Origin: the human T2T-CHM13v2.0 reference genome, Homo sapiens
Direction: 5' to 3' (one strand)
DNA length: 64,000 nucleotides
NCBI RefSeq assembly: GCF_009914755.1
Contig: NC_060927.1
Position numbers and translations under genes: made by a program. Positions 41,690-57,237 of this stretch are shown here, one piece after another (position 1 is the first letter of the stretch; each line of letters starts with the position of its first letter). Under the pieces are notes generated by a model. It worked only from the letters and a program-made list of their open reading frames with translations, searched no databases and had not been told where the DNA came from.

Positions 41690-42155
41690 TTGATGAGGCC
41701 AAACAATGTCCTCTGCCAATCATTTCTTTCCAGTCCCCATATCTTCTTGGAAAACTACCCCATCCTTTGGTTCTTGAAGAGACCTCACCAGTGTCTCTCC
41801 TGGAAATGTATATCTGTGTTTTGCAGATACTGGTTTAGGTTCTGTTAGTTCTTGGATGAAAGCATCCTGGGGAAGCTTAGGCTGCAGCCCAGCATGCATG
41901 TTGGGACAGGAAAAGCTAGTAAGAGAGACAGAGGAGGACAACTGCACATCTCCAGAGAGAAGCAGAGATGAGAGACCACTGAATTATGGAGAGAAGAGAG
42001 TAAGCCACGTCCCTGATAGCTTTCTGGTCCCATCCTTTTAAGATGCTTAATTATCTTTCCTACTTTTGAGTTTTCATGAGATGTCCCCTTATTCTTCCCG
42101 TAATTTATATAATCAAGTCTGAATTTTATTGTGTTACCTTTAGCCAAATAACCGT
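41690..42155 (+). mobile_element. Old MLT1 (J/K-like) LTR
   Basis: gagaagcagagatgagaga; tgagttttcatgaga; gttacctttagccaaa. Confidence 0.55.
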
Positions 42156-42172
42156 AATGAAAAGATGTAATT

Positions 42173-42498
<326 letters not shown>

Positions 42499-42611
42499 CT
42501 AAATTTTTTTCTGTTAATTATGTATGTCTTTCAGGATTGTCGTTAGTAAAATTTCTTGTTAGCTACTAAACCATAAGCATTAAGGTAGTATCAGATAACT
42601 AAAAATGTAGA

Positions 42612-42860
42612 ATTTGCAGATGGCAGTTAAAAATATGAACTCTGTATTTAGATTACCTGTGTTTAAACCTTTGCATCAGTATAATATCAAACAAGTTATT
42701 TTTACCTATTCTGCTTCTACTTCCTCTGCTGTATAATATGAAAAACAAAGAATTTACCTAAAACAGTTGCTATGAAAATAAATTAATACATGGAAAGCAG
42801 TCACCAAAATTTCTGACTTATACAAAGAGTTCAAAAAATGTCTATTAGTTTTGTTGTTAT
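42612..42860 (+). mobile_element. MIR SINE
   Basis: gttaaaaatatgaactctg..agattacctgtgtttaaacc; caagtta. Confidence 0.6.
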
Positions 42861-43714
42861 TTTAACTCTGATCATCTGCAGAGTGACTTTTCCCATGTTT
42901 TACCCTCTAGATAAAGCTTGATTTTTGGTTTCATGTAGAAGTCAAAATTCGTCTACAAATGAAAGTAGTTCCCAATCCAGTTGTGAAATAAAAGCAGGGC
43001 CTGTCACAGTCATTAGTATTAAATTGTGTTGTTCTTCCTTTATCTTTGTTTAAATTTCCACTAAGTATCATCCATTCTTATATCAATGTATTCAGATGAT
43101 GAGACTTCACTGACACAAGGAGGAAAAAAATTTTAAACATGTTGTCAATAATAAGTCAGAGAATCTTGAGATGTAATCAAGTATTTGATATGAAAATAAT
43201 TGTGCTGTCCTTCATAAATGTAACTATCAAGCACTTTCATGAGGAGTTACCTGGGAGTTGTTTTCCCACCTGTGCCAAATAGAATTGTGCTAAATAACTT
43301 CTTTTTCTGCCCCATATCCCGAAGTAGGCATTTTCAGAAGAACACGAGAGTAAGAGTAAAGTCCATATTCCAGAACAGAGTAAAACCTACTGGCCCGCAG
43401 AGGGATTTACCCACCACATCAGTCTCATTAACACACAGCTCTCGCCAACTGAGCTAAATAATTAGGGTCAGCTATAGATAGAATTGCCATTAATTGTTTT
43501 CAGATTTCAATCTCTGGGCCTTTCATTCCAGAATCACTAATTATAATAAGAAAAAAAGTGTTCAGAAGTCTAGAGTCAATTTATGCTTCATAATAATCTA
43601 TTAGCAAGCCAAATGGCTCATTTATGGAGAATGCTATCCAAATCGGGTTTTCCAGTAGTAAATATTTAAATTCCAGGCACTTGAGGAAAATGTTGCCAAA
43701 TAAATTCTAGACAC

Positions 43715-44225
43715 CACTATTTTGACTACTTAACAAACATGTCTTCCCATCATCTTTCTAAGAATAGGTCCACCCCTCCCCACTAGAAATAGGGGTAGGC
43801 TCGTGAATTATGCTGAGCCTTATGGAGTATCAAGCTTGACCCACAGTGGTAATAGTCACTGGTCCAAGGTGTCAGCACAGAACCTAATGGGGCCAATAAT
43901 ACTTATCTCTGGGATTCTTTTCAGGAAGCTGAAAGAGTGTGTGTTCCTTGACACTGTGGTCTTGGAACTGTTAATATATAAGCTACAGTGGCTTAAAGTC
44001 ATTTCTAAAGCCACGCAAAGATAAATGGAACTCACAGGCAGAGAGAAATAGAGAGGAGATAAAAACTAAAAGGAAAAGAGAGTCCTGATGGGTATTTAAA
44101 TTCCTCCTTCTATATGTCCTTAGCTTTACTCTTAAACTGTTTCCAGTTGCGCAGGCAAATAAATCTCCCACTTTTCTTAAACTAAGCCAACTTGTATTTC
44201 TGTCACTTCTAAGCAAAACAGCGTG
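43715..44225 (+). mobile_element. Old MLT1 (J/K-like) LTR
   Basis: gtcactggtccaagg; ataaatctccc..tttcttaaactaagcc..tttctgtcactt. Confidence 0.55.
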
Positions 44226-44610
44226 TTTAATAAGCCACTATGCTGTTATTACTTTCTTTAAATACTGTGTAGCCTTGCTTTATTTCAAAGACCCTAAAAT
44301 TATAAGGACAATTTAGGCAACAGTCGCATCTACCAAAAAAAAAAAATGTGTTTATGCATATATATGCATAAACATAGAAATATATTTTTATAAAGGCCTC
44401 ATAATGAGCTTCTGTTACAACAAAGGACAAACATTGTGGTGCTAACCATATAAGAACACGAATACAAAGATGTGACTCTAAAACTCTCCTTCCCTTCCTG
44501 GATTAAGCAATAGAGCAAGATAATGATACTAACTTTGAGTTATTACAGTGTACCTGGCATAGATATGAGCACTTATTAACATATTTGATCCCATAATAGG
44601 TCTACTGTGA

Positions 44611-45462
<852 letters not shown>

Positions 45463-46276
45463 GAGATATGTATTATCATTTCCCATTTTGCAGATGAGGA
45501 GGCTGAGGCACAGGGAAGTTCAGGTTGCAGAGCTGCGCTTGCAATCCAGGTGGGCTGTTCCTACTATGCTACTCCTTCTGGGGGAAAAGCAAAAACAAAC
45601 AAACAAAAAAACCAAAAAGCCTAAACCACATGTGGCAAGTTCAATACCAGTCTGAGACTTTAGTAACCACATGAGCTGGAACAAAAGTCTTAATCTTGGC
45701 TGATCTTCACTTTATTTTCTCTCTATAAAGCAGACATGACAAAATCATTTCTGTTTTTTGTGATGGCCAAATGACATAATGTATATGAATGTACTTTGAA
45801 AGTACATTATGTTAAAAATATTATCCTATATCATTATGATAGAGAATGAAGATGTTGTAAACTAAACTGCTCTCATTTGCTGCAAGCCCATGAACCCTCA
45901 TGGTCAAGGGCCAATGAATCATTCATTGCTTTCTGCAACAAGGATACCACATTGAGTCTTGTTAGAGAGAAGGAAGGGAAGATAAAAGTACCTGAAGATG
46001 ACATGAGGCTTTACCACCACCAAGACCTGAGACCTGAGCACCTTGACTGGAAGGATAGACAGGCTTGCACAAATTCAACGAAATTATTTTGCTTGTTGTA
46101 CCTCAGTATACTTTTATAAAGACTAGACTTACAGCCATGTCTTTGATAAAAATGGATGCAAAACTGAAGGAAATTCACATCTTGTGAGCATCTACTAAAA
46201 GTTACCATCATTCTAGGCAGTTCACAAATGTTATACCATTTAATCTTCAGGAAATTCTGTGGAGCAGTCATTATTA

Positions 46277-46589
<313 letters not shown>

Positions 46590-47609
46590 GGAGTAGTCAT
46601 TATTAACTATTCTCAGATAAAGAAACTAAAAATCAGGGAGGTCATATAATTTGTTCAATGTAGAATTCAAACCGAAGACTTCTTCAAGCTAGTCAGTTGG
46701 GGAAATATATATTTAAGTATGTATACTACCTTGTGGGAGAACCTATTCATTTGTTCAATTATCAAATCACAAAGGATAATTTAGCTCTTATAACATATCA
46801 GTCACAGACATATAAAAGCAATGAGAAGTAAGATTAATTGCCACAGCATTTTGAAAGAGAAACCATTGACTCAGAACTCAAAAGACATCTATCCTGCATC
46901 TTGTGCTATTGCTAAAAAGCCATGTGTCCAAATCAAATGATTTATTAGAATCTATAATCTAAACCTCAATTTTTCTTCTTTCATAAAAGGTGACACTTAC
47001 CTTTGCTCTTTTTTTTCACAAAGCAGTTGCTGAGATCAAATTAATTCACATGTCTATTAAAATAAAACACCTTAAATGAAGAAATTTTCACAGTCCTAGG
47101 TAAACACACCCAATCTTGAACCCATTTAGCTTTGAATAATGGTCAAAAAACAAACATCTTCATGCAACATCTTTTTTCTTTTTTCTTTTTTTTTTTTTTT
47201 CAAAACCAGGGTACTAAAGAACACCCTCTAAATTCAGTGCTAGGCTCGTTACTTTTTCAGATTTAAACTCTCACCCTGAACATATCTGTTATACTTCAAG
47301 GTGAGTTAGAAAGTGAGTGGAAAGAATGTTCTTAGAAGTTATTTCTGTAACAGCATGGGTAACATCAAACTTATACAGGAAAGTAACGGTAAACCACAAC
47401 AAATATATTTCATTAAAGTCAAGCTGAATGTATACCCAACTCAACTTCCCCCATGAGCCCTATTCTAAAAATGCCTGGGGCTACCCCAAGACCACTCAAA
47501 ATGAGAAGATAGACAAAGAAAGAAGTCAGAAGATAAAAAAAAAAATGTCTTAACTGATTATGTTTTTATAGTCTTACTTATTTTTTTGGCGGTTTTAGAA
47601 AAAAAAAAA

Positions 47610-47720
47610 AGTGACCACGTGAACACATTGATAGGGTCCTCCCTGGGTTTTTAGAAGCAGGTTTTACAAGCAAGGGGTCCTGAAACAAGCTTCATCAGTT
47701 TCACAGAAAATCCTCCTCTG
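47610..47720 (-). mobile_element. hAT-Tip100-class DNA transposon end (family uncertain)
   Basis: Reverse complement cagaggaggattttctgtgaaactgatgaagctt..tcaggacccc resembles recalled Tip100-type termini. Confidence 0.45.
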
Positions 47721-48270
47721 TGGGTTACTGACAGCATACAAAAGGACCCAACATCACGTGACATTTGGTCAAGATGACCCTTAGTGAATTTCCCAGTATT
47801 GTAATTACATAAACCTCTGTTTATTTATTAATTGAATGGCCCTTTGACCCCTTACAGCAGTAAATAGGTACACTTGTGTTATTAGTCTAGGACAGAGTGA
47901 GAATATTGGGGTTGAAAGTTGGAGCTAAGCATGTGAATGAATCATAGAAACATGAATTTGTAAGGGAACAGACACTCTTAATCCACAGCTCAATTCCATG
48001 CACATCATATCCACGTTTACTTGAGCAATCACTGCCACATATTATAAGGTTGTTTTGTGCAGAAACATTTGCTGGCTTGGATGAACAAATTGCTATATGA
48101 GTTGGACCCCAAATATAAGAATGACTCAAACACAGATGGTTCAGCTGTTGTGCACAAGATTATAATAGGTGGGTGGGCAGGCCTGAAGTGAGACTCATTT
48201 ATGTGTGGTCCCCCAAGGACCCTAGATGACAAAGGTTCTACTTCATTTAACATCTGGTTTTCAATGTTGT

Positions 48271-48664
48271 TGTATTAGTTTTCTAGGGCTGCCATAACAA
48301 AATACCACAGACTGGGTGGCTTTACTAACAGAAATTCATTTCTCACAGTTCTGGAGGCTGCAAGTCAAAGATCAAGGTATAAGCAGGTCTGACTCCTGAG
48401 GCTTCTCTCCTGGGCTTATAGATGGCCACCTTGTTTCTCTGTCCTCACATGGCCTTAACCTCTGTGTGTTCAGGAGTCAAGAGACTCTCTAGAGTCTCTT
48501 CTTGTATGTCCTAATCTCTTCCTCTTAAAGGACACCAGTCAGACTGGATTAACGTCTTCCCTAAGGAGCTCATTTCAATTTAAATACCTTTTTAGAGGCC
48601 TTATTTTAAAATACATTCACATTCAACATAGAGATTTTGGAAGAATATAGTTCAGACCCTAACA
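48271..48664 (-). mobile_element. MLT1A/B-like MaLR LTR
   Basis: tgtattagttttctagggctgccataacaaaataccacagactgggtggctt ... ttcagaccctaaca. Confidence 0.85.
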
Positions 48665-48711
48665 GTCCCCTAGGGGTTCCCTTGATTGCAGTCACACAGG
48701 AGTGGATATGA

Positions 48712-49078
<367 letters not shown>

Positions 49079-49240
49079 CCTGAAGTACAGTTTTATCAGG
49101 TGCAGATAGGTTATTTTAGCTAGAACTCAGACACATGGCTGTACTCACAGGAAAGCTAGGAAACATAGTACTCTGAATAGCCATCTGCCAACAAAACCTC
49201 CCCCAGTGGAAAGTAGAAAACATTTTTGGTGAAAGATAAG

Positions 49241-49650
49241 TGATATGTTTTGGATATTTGCCCCCCTCCAAATCTCGTGTTTAAATATGATCCCCATTGT
49301 TGAAGGTGGGGCCTAGTGGGAGGTCTTTTGGTTGTGGCGGTGAATGCTTCATGAATGACATGGTGCCCTCACCATGGTAATGAGCTCATATGAGACCTGG
49401 TTGTTAAAAAGAGTCAGGGACCTCCATCCTCTCGCTCTCTTGCTTCCTCTCTCAGCATGTGATAAGCCTGTTTCCCCTCCACCATCTGCCATGATTGGAA
49501 GCTTCCCGAGGCCCTCATCAGAAGCAGATGCTGGTGCCATGCTTTGTGTACAGCCTGCAGAACTGTAAGGCAAATAAACCTCTTTTCTTTATAAATTACC
49601 CAGGCTCAGGTATTTGTTAATAAATAGTAACACAAAATATACTAATAACA
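49241..49650 (+). mobile_element. MSTB-like MaLR solo LTR
   Basis: tgatatgttttggatatttg..ccaaatctc; cagcctgcagaactgtaag.caaataaacctcttttctttataaattaccca. Confidence 0.88.
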
Positions 49651-49982
49651 GTGGTGTCTCTGAAATGGCGTCATATTCAAATTAGTATGCTCCATATCAA
49701 AATGTAACAAAGAGTCTCATATATAAGAACTCAACAAATATGAATTTATTCCATTTAACTTCTGTATTTTATTCTCACCCCAATGTTCCTGATTTTACCC
49801 TCTACCCATTTTTTTCAACATCAAAACACTAGAGTTTTATTGTTTTTTTCAGTTGTCCTTTGCTTTATTTGTCATTTTCTATTGAAAGCCTTAGGATAGT
49901 TAGGGTTGCAGGTGGCTAAACTATCTTATAAGGCCTCCCCTATCTAATTTCTGGAGAGAATGACTGCAAAGAAAATGGAGAA

Positions 49983-49985
<3 letters not shown>

Positions 49986-50021
<36 letters not shown>
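49986..50021. repeat. (GT)18 microsatellite
   Basis: Perfect dinucleotide run. Confidence 0.98.
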
Positions 50022-50023
<2 letters not shown>

Positions 50024-51499
50024 ACTGGTTAAAAAAATCAATTTGCAAAGACCCCATTATTCAGTGAACGAGGGGAAAAGGCATACCAAGCTAATCTAAA
50101 CACAGCTTCCAGAATCTGAGTGGTTTTATTTACCTAGGATGGGAACAGACAACTTTCTGAAAGGCTAATCAGAATTAATGAATAGAAAAATTAAGAAATA
50201 GAATTAATTCTTGGAAAACAGGAAAGGAAAAATTGTAATCAGGCATCAAGTTTGTTCAATTTAAATAAGCTGAAATCTATTAGAATTAAGAAAAAACTAC
50301 CTTAAGGCTAACCTTCCCCTTAAGATTAAAAGAATGAACAAAATAAAAGAATTAAAAATGAAAACCAGTCTAATAGTAATCATATAATGATAATGTACAC
50401 AATGTGATTAAAATAAAGGTCAACCAAAGGGATGAGAACACACAATATCAGGCGATTTGAGAATCCGGGGTGACTACAATGCATGCTATTTCCTTGCAAA
50501 GGAATCTGGGTAATAGAAACAGGGCAAGGAATGGCTTAATTTTTGTTTACTGCTGGGAATATACAGATATCTGACTCACTGATAGTGCTAAATTAGTTGT
50601 TTCTCCACTGATGCTAAAGATACCCTTCAGTACCTTCCATGAGAAAATCAATTTCCTTGCGGGAGAATTTTTGAAGGAGGTTGGGGGACCTTCTACTATT
50701 ATGCTAAGTAACTAGTCACAGCAAAATACACTTTTATTCCTGAAGTGACCTCTACAAAACAAGGCATATTTAGTCTTGCAAACCACAAATGTTTCTCTAG
50801 CCTTTACATTTAACTAGTTTTATAATTAAAAAAAAGATTCATGTTCCCATGCTTATTTCATATTGCTTATTATACTTAGTATGTGGGTTGTTAAAACATC
50901 TCTAAACAATAGTGAACATCTCTGGAGATAGCACTCATTATAACATTTAATGTCTAAATGCATAGGACAAAATACTTCTCATGATTTTTGTGTGTTTTTG
51001 ATAAATAAGATGAAAATTACTAACACAGGTCACTTTGAAGCTGGGACTTCAGTGTTATAAAAGGAAATGTGTGTATTGTCATCACTTATGAAAATGCAAT
51101 AGAGTTCTTTATAGCTGCAAATACCCAAATTATTACTTCCTTTTCCCTGATTATTTTTTGAAAGGTCTCAAAAAAGTCAGAAGGTACCCTGTCTGCCTAA
51201 ATCACAAGAACACATTGATTTTGCCACTATCACATATGTTAAAATACAAGCCTCAGAGCCCAAATTTGAGCAATCTCCTCTCTGTCCTTGAAACCTGTGA
51301 CATCAATAACAATTTCTACATTTACAAGCCTTAATGTGTTAAGTATTAGAGAATTCTGGCTTCTGTAGCCACTAAAGGTACAAAATTTTCATTTCTAAGC
51401 TTACACTTAATAAAATTGATGGCAAGGTCTCTCAGCTCTCATGTGCTCAAAACAATAACCTAAGTTCTTCATGTCCAGGTTTCCCTGGCAAGAACTCAG

Positions 51500-51895
51500 A
51501 GTGTAATGTGGCCATGCAAAGAACCAAACTAGGTTTGTGAGAACTGGGTTTGAGTCGTAGCTCTGTTATTCACTAGCTATGTGACCTTGAGGGAATCACA
51601 ACTCTTAGGACCTCCTGCGTTTATCTGTAAAAAATGGTATTTGGATTAGATGCTTGTTAGTGATAGCTAACATTACAGAGTGCTCCCGTGGTCCAGATAA
51701 TCCCCAATGCTTTATGTATGTTAGTTCACTTCATCCTCGGAACAACCCCACGAGAAAGATACTTTTATAATTTTTCCTGCACAGATGCAGAAACCCAACA
51801 CATGAAGTTAAGTATCTTGCCCAAGGTCAAAACAGCAAGTGATTGAAACGCGGATTCAGTTCAGGAATAAATGCTCTTGGCCACTCCATTATATG
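51500..51895. mobile_element. Two tail-to-tail MIR fragments (+ 51500-51650; - 51655-51895)
   Basis: ctgggtttgagtc..ctagctatgtgaccttg; acagatgcagaaac..cttgcccaaggtca. Confidence 0.7.
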
Positions 51896-52230
51896 GCCAA
51901 GGTCCTTTGTTGCACTGATGTCCTTTGATGTCTATCAAACTGTTTTATAAAGTACTTAGTTCTGGTGCCCTTGGTACGATGTTTGAGACTGCATGGTGGA
52001 AGGGAAAGAACACTGGGTGAGGAGTGAGGAAACTGGCCTTCTTTCCCTCCTTCACCCCTAAGAAGTTGTGTGCAGCCAGGGAAGTTACTTTTAAGCTTTC
52101 TGTAGCTGACAAACCCTTAAAGCCCCTTCCAGTTCTCCATTTGTGGGAATTTAATTCTGAATTAACAAATGGCATGTCTCTCATTGTGATTGAAAGGCTA
52201 GATTCCTGGTACAATTATTTCTTTTCTCCT

Positions 52231-52732
52231 ATGCAGTGGGTTGAATGGTGTCCCCCACCTCCCTGCAAAAAAAAGATTTGTCCATGTCCTAATCCCAGAA
52301 ACCTATATTATCTTATAGCAAGAGTGTAAATTTTACTTTATTTGTAAAAAGGGTCTTTGTGATATAATTAGTGATGCTGAGAGAAAGAGATTACCTTGGA
52401 TTATCCTGGTGGGCCCTAAATCCCATTGTAAATATACTTAGAAGATAGAGGCAGAGGGAGATTTAACAGACAGACACACAGAAAAGATGGCCATGTGAAG
52501 ACGGAGATACTGGAGTGATGTGGCTGTAAGCCCAAGAATGCCGAGGATTTTCTGAAGCCAGCAGAAGCTAAGAAGAGGCAAAGAAGGATTCTTGTCTAAA
52601 GCCTTCAGAAGGAGCCAGTCTTGCCATACCCAGTGTTGGACTTCTGGCTTCCAGAACTGTGACAGAATAAATTTCTGCTGTTTCTACTCATCGTGTGGTA
52701 ATTTGTTATAGCACTCCTAGAAAATTCATATA
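52231..52732 (+). mobile_element. MLT1C/D-like MaLR LTR
   Basis: tgcagtgggttgaatggtgtcccc; gacttctggcttccagaactgtga.agaataaatttctg. Confidence 0.85.
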
Positions 52733-52974
52733 GTGCCCTATTCAGAATGAATTGGGTAAAAAGAGGCATGTCTGAATTATCTGTATATCCCAGTCATTAC
52801 ACAGTAAATGAGTAACAAATATATATTTTTAAAATATGAAGTGACATAAATCAGTACACCTTAGGTTCTGTAAGTATAAATTGGGAAACACTGGCAAGGA
52901 TGAGTATGTTAAATAAGGAAAAAAGTCTATCAGTTAAAGAACAAAAGTCTACCCAACATAAAGCAATACAGTAG

Positions 52975-53537
52975 TGAAACCAAGGGCTAAACTTACCTGC
53001 CCACCAAACTTAACTGCAAACTTGCTTTTAATCACTTCTAGTCTACCTTAAAACTCCCACTAGCTTCCTTATAGATAACATCTCTGACCGTGTGTCACTA
53101 CAGTAATGGGTGTTTGAAGCTGTTTTTACGGAACTAGGGGATAGCTCTTGTCCAGGTCAAGCCAGTTGAGACTAACAGTTCTTCAACTGGGCCTGCACAG
53201 GTGCCCAAGGAGTGAACTTCTCACATCAGGGAGCCAAAACTCCAGTCTTAGATCATGCTAATGTTGCCATTTTCTGCACATGTCCTACAGCAAACCATGT
53301 AGCTAGATTACACTTGCAGAGAAACCCCAATTACCTCACCTTTTCTACCCACCAGTCACCTCTCCCCACACTTTAGACTGTCCTGTTTCTTATCCCATAA
53401 GTATACCCAAGTCCTATTTTGGGGGAAGCAGATTTGAGATTTGTTCTCTCATCTCCTCGCATGGCAGCCTTGTGAATACAATCTTTTATTTTTTGCAAAA
53501 CCCATCCTCACAGTGACTGGCTTGTTGTGTGTGGGTA
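52975..53537 (+). mobile_element. MER66-like ERV1 solo LTR
   Basis: gccaaaactcca..agatcatgctaatg.tgccattttctgcacatg; gcagatttgaga; ends taaca. Confidence 0.65.
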
Positions 53538-53607
53538 CAATGCACCTGATCACTAACAAACAGTACAGAAGACTTGAAATGTAAACCTGTCTTTCTTAGT
53601 TGTCATC

Positions 53608-53610
53608 GTG

Positions 53611-53643
<33 letters not shown>
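53608..53643. repeat. (GT)n microsatellite with one interruption
   Basis: Seen directly. Confidence 0.97.
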
Positions 53644-55181
53644 CTATGCATGTAAGTATGAGCATGTACATATTTAGGTTCAACTAGGTATGTCTGTAGT
53701 CTTTACTTTCTAAATTCATAACCCATTATCCAACCAAAACAACACTGATAAAACACAAATCCGATGTTCACATTATTCTCCTGTTTAACACTAGCACTAT
53801 TATAGAGAGAGACTCTTCCGTTAGAAACTCCTTGAGGATAACAAGTCTTTGTCCATCTGGGGAATGGTGGTAAGAGTTGTAAAATCTGCAGCAGCTTTTG
53901 TTTTCCCAGCCCTGGCCTGCTGAGGGACTAATGGTGGGGAAGACCCCACTATATTCTAGACCTAATTGCTAAAGTGATTCGAGGAACTGCATCAGATAAA
54001 GAGATATCCAGAACTCTGGTAACTATAATCCCTAGTAATTTGTCCACACTGTGCCTGAGAAAGAATGAGGGAAAGTGGAAGCTAGGAAGCTCTTGCAAAC
54101 CTAGTTTGGTTCTTTGCATGCAGCAGCCACATTACACCCTGAGTTCTTGCCAGGGAAACTTGGGCATGAAGAGGGTACTGACACAGCCCTCTGTTCTGGG
54201 TCCCAACCATGCATCTCTCTTCAATGATTACTAACAAACCTAATGCACCGGTATGATTAACTGGACTAAAAGCCTGTAAGAATTAACACTGTAGGTATTC
54301 AAGGGCCCGTCTACAAAACATTTGCACGTATTTTAGCATAAGGGAAAGTTATTTTACAAAGTAACGAAGTGTACACCAGAAATAGTCAGCGATCTCTGGC
54401 TGCTTTGTATTTTAAATCAAGGCCAGAAAGGATCTAGGCACTGGTCCTCTAATATCTTTTCCAAAACAGAGGAAGGATGCTTAAGATGGGGCTGACCACT
54501 ACTCAAATGAATCATCATAGCTCATTATGGAAGAGTCCTAAAAAGAGGAATTTTTAAACCCTCTTCCTCTGCCCCCATCTCCTAAATCCCCTCTTAGTGG
54601 TTCTTTTCAGTGAAGAGGCACAAGATTGGGGTGAGATTTTTCCATTTTCCTTAGCAGGAAGCTTTATGTGAATAAAGCACCATTTTATACCAACAAGCCA
54701 ATGATTAGTATCCTTCAATGCAGACTGGGATTCATACTACCCATATGCCAGGGCATTTTTCCTTTAGCACGTCAGCCTGTCCTTTTAGCATCAGGTAGCA
54801 CTGAATGTCAGGCAAGATATTTCAATCTCAGCCCCCTAAGGGCATTCTCATTTGAATGCCCTTAATCTATTTGATTCTGAGTTTCATTTTTGCCTGACAG
54901 GCTGAATCCTGAGTCACACACCGAACAGGAACAAGGGTAGTTGTGATACGGTGATTGCCAGTGAACTTAACCCCTGAAATGTCTTCAGTAAGAGGCATTT
55001 TCCACAACACTCTCGAGGCAGAATTGACAAGGCGCACGGAGCCCCCAAAAGGGAAAGCTACACATGCAAACCACTAATGCTGTGTTATTACTATGCAAAA
55101 TCATCATAAGTGAATTCATCACAAATTAAACACTGTAGGTAAGCAACGCTATGTGCCTGTGTGCTTATACTGTGCCCACAG

Positions 55182-55222
55182 GCATGCACATGTGTGTGTG
55201 CGCACACACACACACACACACA
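55182..55222. repeat. (TG)5-CG-(CA)10 palindromic purine-pyrimidine tract
   Basis: 22-bp perfect palindrome at 55191-55212. Confidence 0.95.
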
Positions 55223-55758
55223 ATTTTCTGAAGCAGGAAATACCTGGTTAACCATTAAGCAATGGAAAGCAGTCTTTACATTGTAAAAATCTGTGCTACT
55301 TACAATGATGTTAATAGGGAGGCTGCAAAAGCACAACTTTTAAAGCTGGACTCCTTGCTGCAAATACTGGGTGGCTTTTTCCCCTAATAATTATGCATTT
55401 GCTTGCTGTCTAAGATTAATCAGGGAAGTTAATGATGCAAAAAATTACATTTATAATCCAGTCTGAATACAGCTGTACTGCAAGCTAAGTTCTAAGTCCT
55501 ATTAAAGTAAATGGAATTAATGGGCTGTCGCTGGCAATCTTTAGATCTATCAGTTACTAATTAACATTCTTCTGTAAAGAATAGTTCATGGTGGGGAAAA
55601 AATAAAGCATACCTTAGTAGCAGCTATGGTAAAACATAAAGCGGAGTCATTAAAGGCAGGCCACAGCAGTGGCTACTAGGAATGAAAATTCAGGTTGTTG
55701 ACAAGGCATTGAGCAAGAAACTGCCAATTTGCTGTGTCATCAGTTAAAAAAAAAATTC

Positions 55759-55760
<2 letters not shown>

Positions 55761-55797
<37 letters not shown>
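55761..55797. repeat. (GT)18 microsatellite
   Basis: Perfect run. Confidence 0.98.
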
Positions 55798-55801
<4 letters not shown>

Positions 55802-56073
55802 GTAGTTTGCTTTATGCAGCAGCAAATGATCACCACTAAGGACGACCTTTCCATGAGAAATGTCCACTTGGCTAATAATGCAAGGACAGAGGCATGTGAG
55901 CTGTAAAACAGGAAAGTTAAATTAGCTACTAAGGAAAAATGAATGTAACCTATTATCTTCTGAGATACTCAAGCACATTGGCTGCTCTTATCACAAAAAG
56001 CTCCCCATTTGATTACTAATTTTATGTCTTCTGTTCTTGTATTAATTTGAAGTGTTCCTTCCAACCTGTTACC

Positions 56074-56075
<2 letters not shown>

Positions 56076-56109
<34 letters not shown>

Positions 56110-56124
56110 CACGCACGTGTGTGC
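56076..56124. repeat. (TG)15 plus GTGCGTGCACGCAC palindrome
   Basis: 49-nt alternating purine-pyrimidine tract. Confidence 0.95.
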
Positions 56125-57237
56125 TTTCTTTGGAACTTAGTCTACAAGAGGAAATGTATTACTCTTCTGGATTTTAACTTTTTGTATTTTTGTTTTGCTT
56201 TTATTTCCTTAGCGAGGAACATGTGCTTTGTCATTTTACAGTCCAGAGAAGAGACTCAACCTGCTAATAAAAGGTGCAATTTCTTTTACAGGAGGGACCA
56301 TGAGCTTCCACTCATTTTTTAATGCACTCAAATTAAGACTCTGATGCCATAAAATCTCCCTTAGCTTTTATCCTAGATAAAAGATGAATCTATTTTAATA
56401 GGAAAAAAGTGATTAAGGAGGAAGTCATTGAAAAATAAAACTTCAAAAAGAAAATAAAGTCAAAAGCAGTTGTCTTCAGACTTTCAATATCTTAAATTTG
56501 CCTTGACACAAACAGTTAACAGTGTCCACAGAGGTCATTTGCTTATAAACTTTCCAGATTCCAAGGCTTCCTTTTTCACTTAGTTTGGTACTGAACCTGT
56601 CAAAGCAGAAAGGAAAGCTAATGCTTTGAGAAGTCAAGTGATGGAATAAATTAAGGCCTACATTTTGAGTGAGAAGATCAAGGTTGAAATTGTAGTTTTG
56701 CCACTTATTAGGAGAGAAATCCTGAAAGTTAGATTTTCACCCATCAAAACAAGATAATCATACATGACCTTTCTTCCTCCTAAGGAGGTTCTGAGATGTT
56801 AAAGGCTTCACGTAATATTACAGATAAGAAAGTGTTCATACATGTCAACTAATTCTCTGTATTGAATTCAGTCCATCCATATAGTTCAAGAAGTCTTATT
56901 TTTAATTTATATTGGTAATGATTATTATTTAGCTTTTTCATCTAAAATAATGTGGTTTGCTTAATCATCAATTTATTTGATCATGGCTCTAATACTTCTA
57001 TAACCTAGGCTTATTTTAACCAAAATTCATGTCTCTAAATTAATTTATCTGTTCTTTCAACATGATTTATGTGGAGGATGAAAGCAAAATATAATGGTAA
57101 AGGAGAATCACATTTCTATATAGCTTGCCCCAGATGAAAAAGAAAATGCTTATTAGCCTTTCTTTCCCAACTTGTCACTGAAAAAAAGATGATGCTAAGA
57201 CGATTTTCTCAACTAGAAGAACAAGTATTTAAATAGT

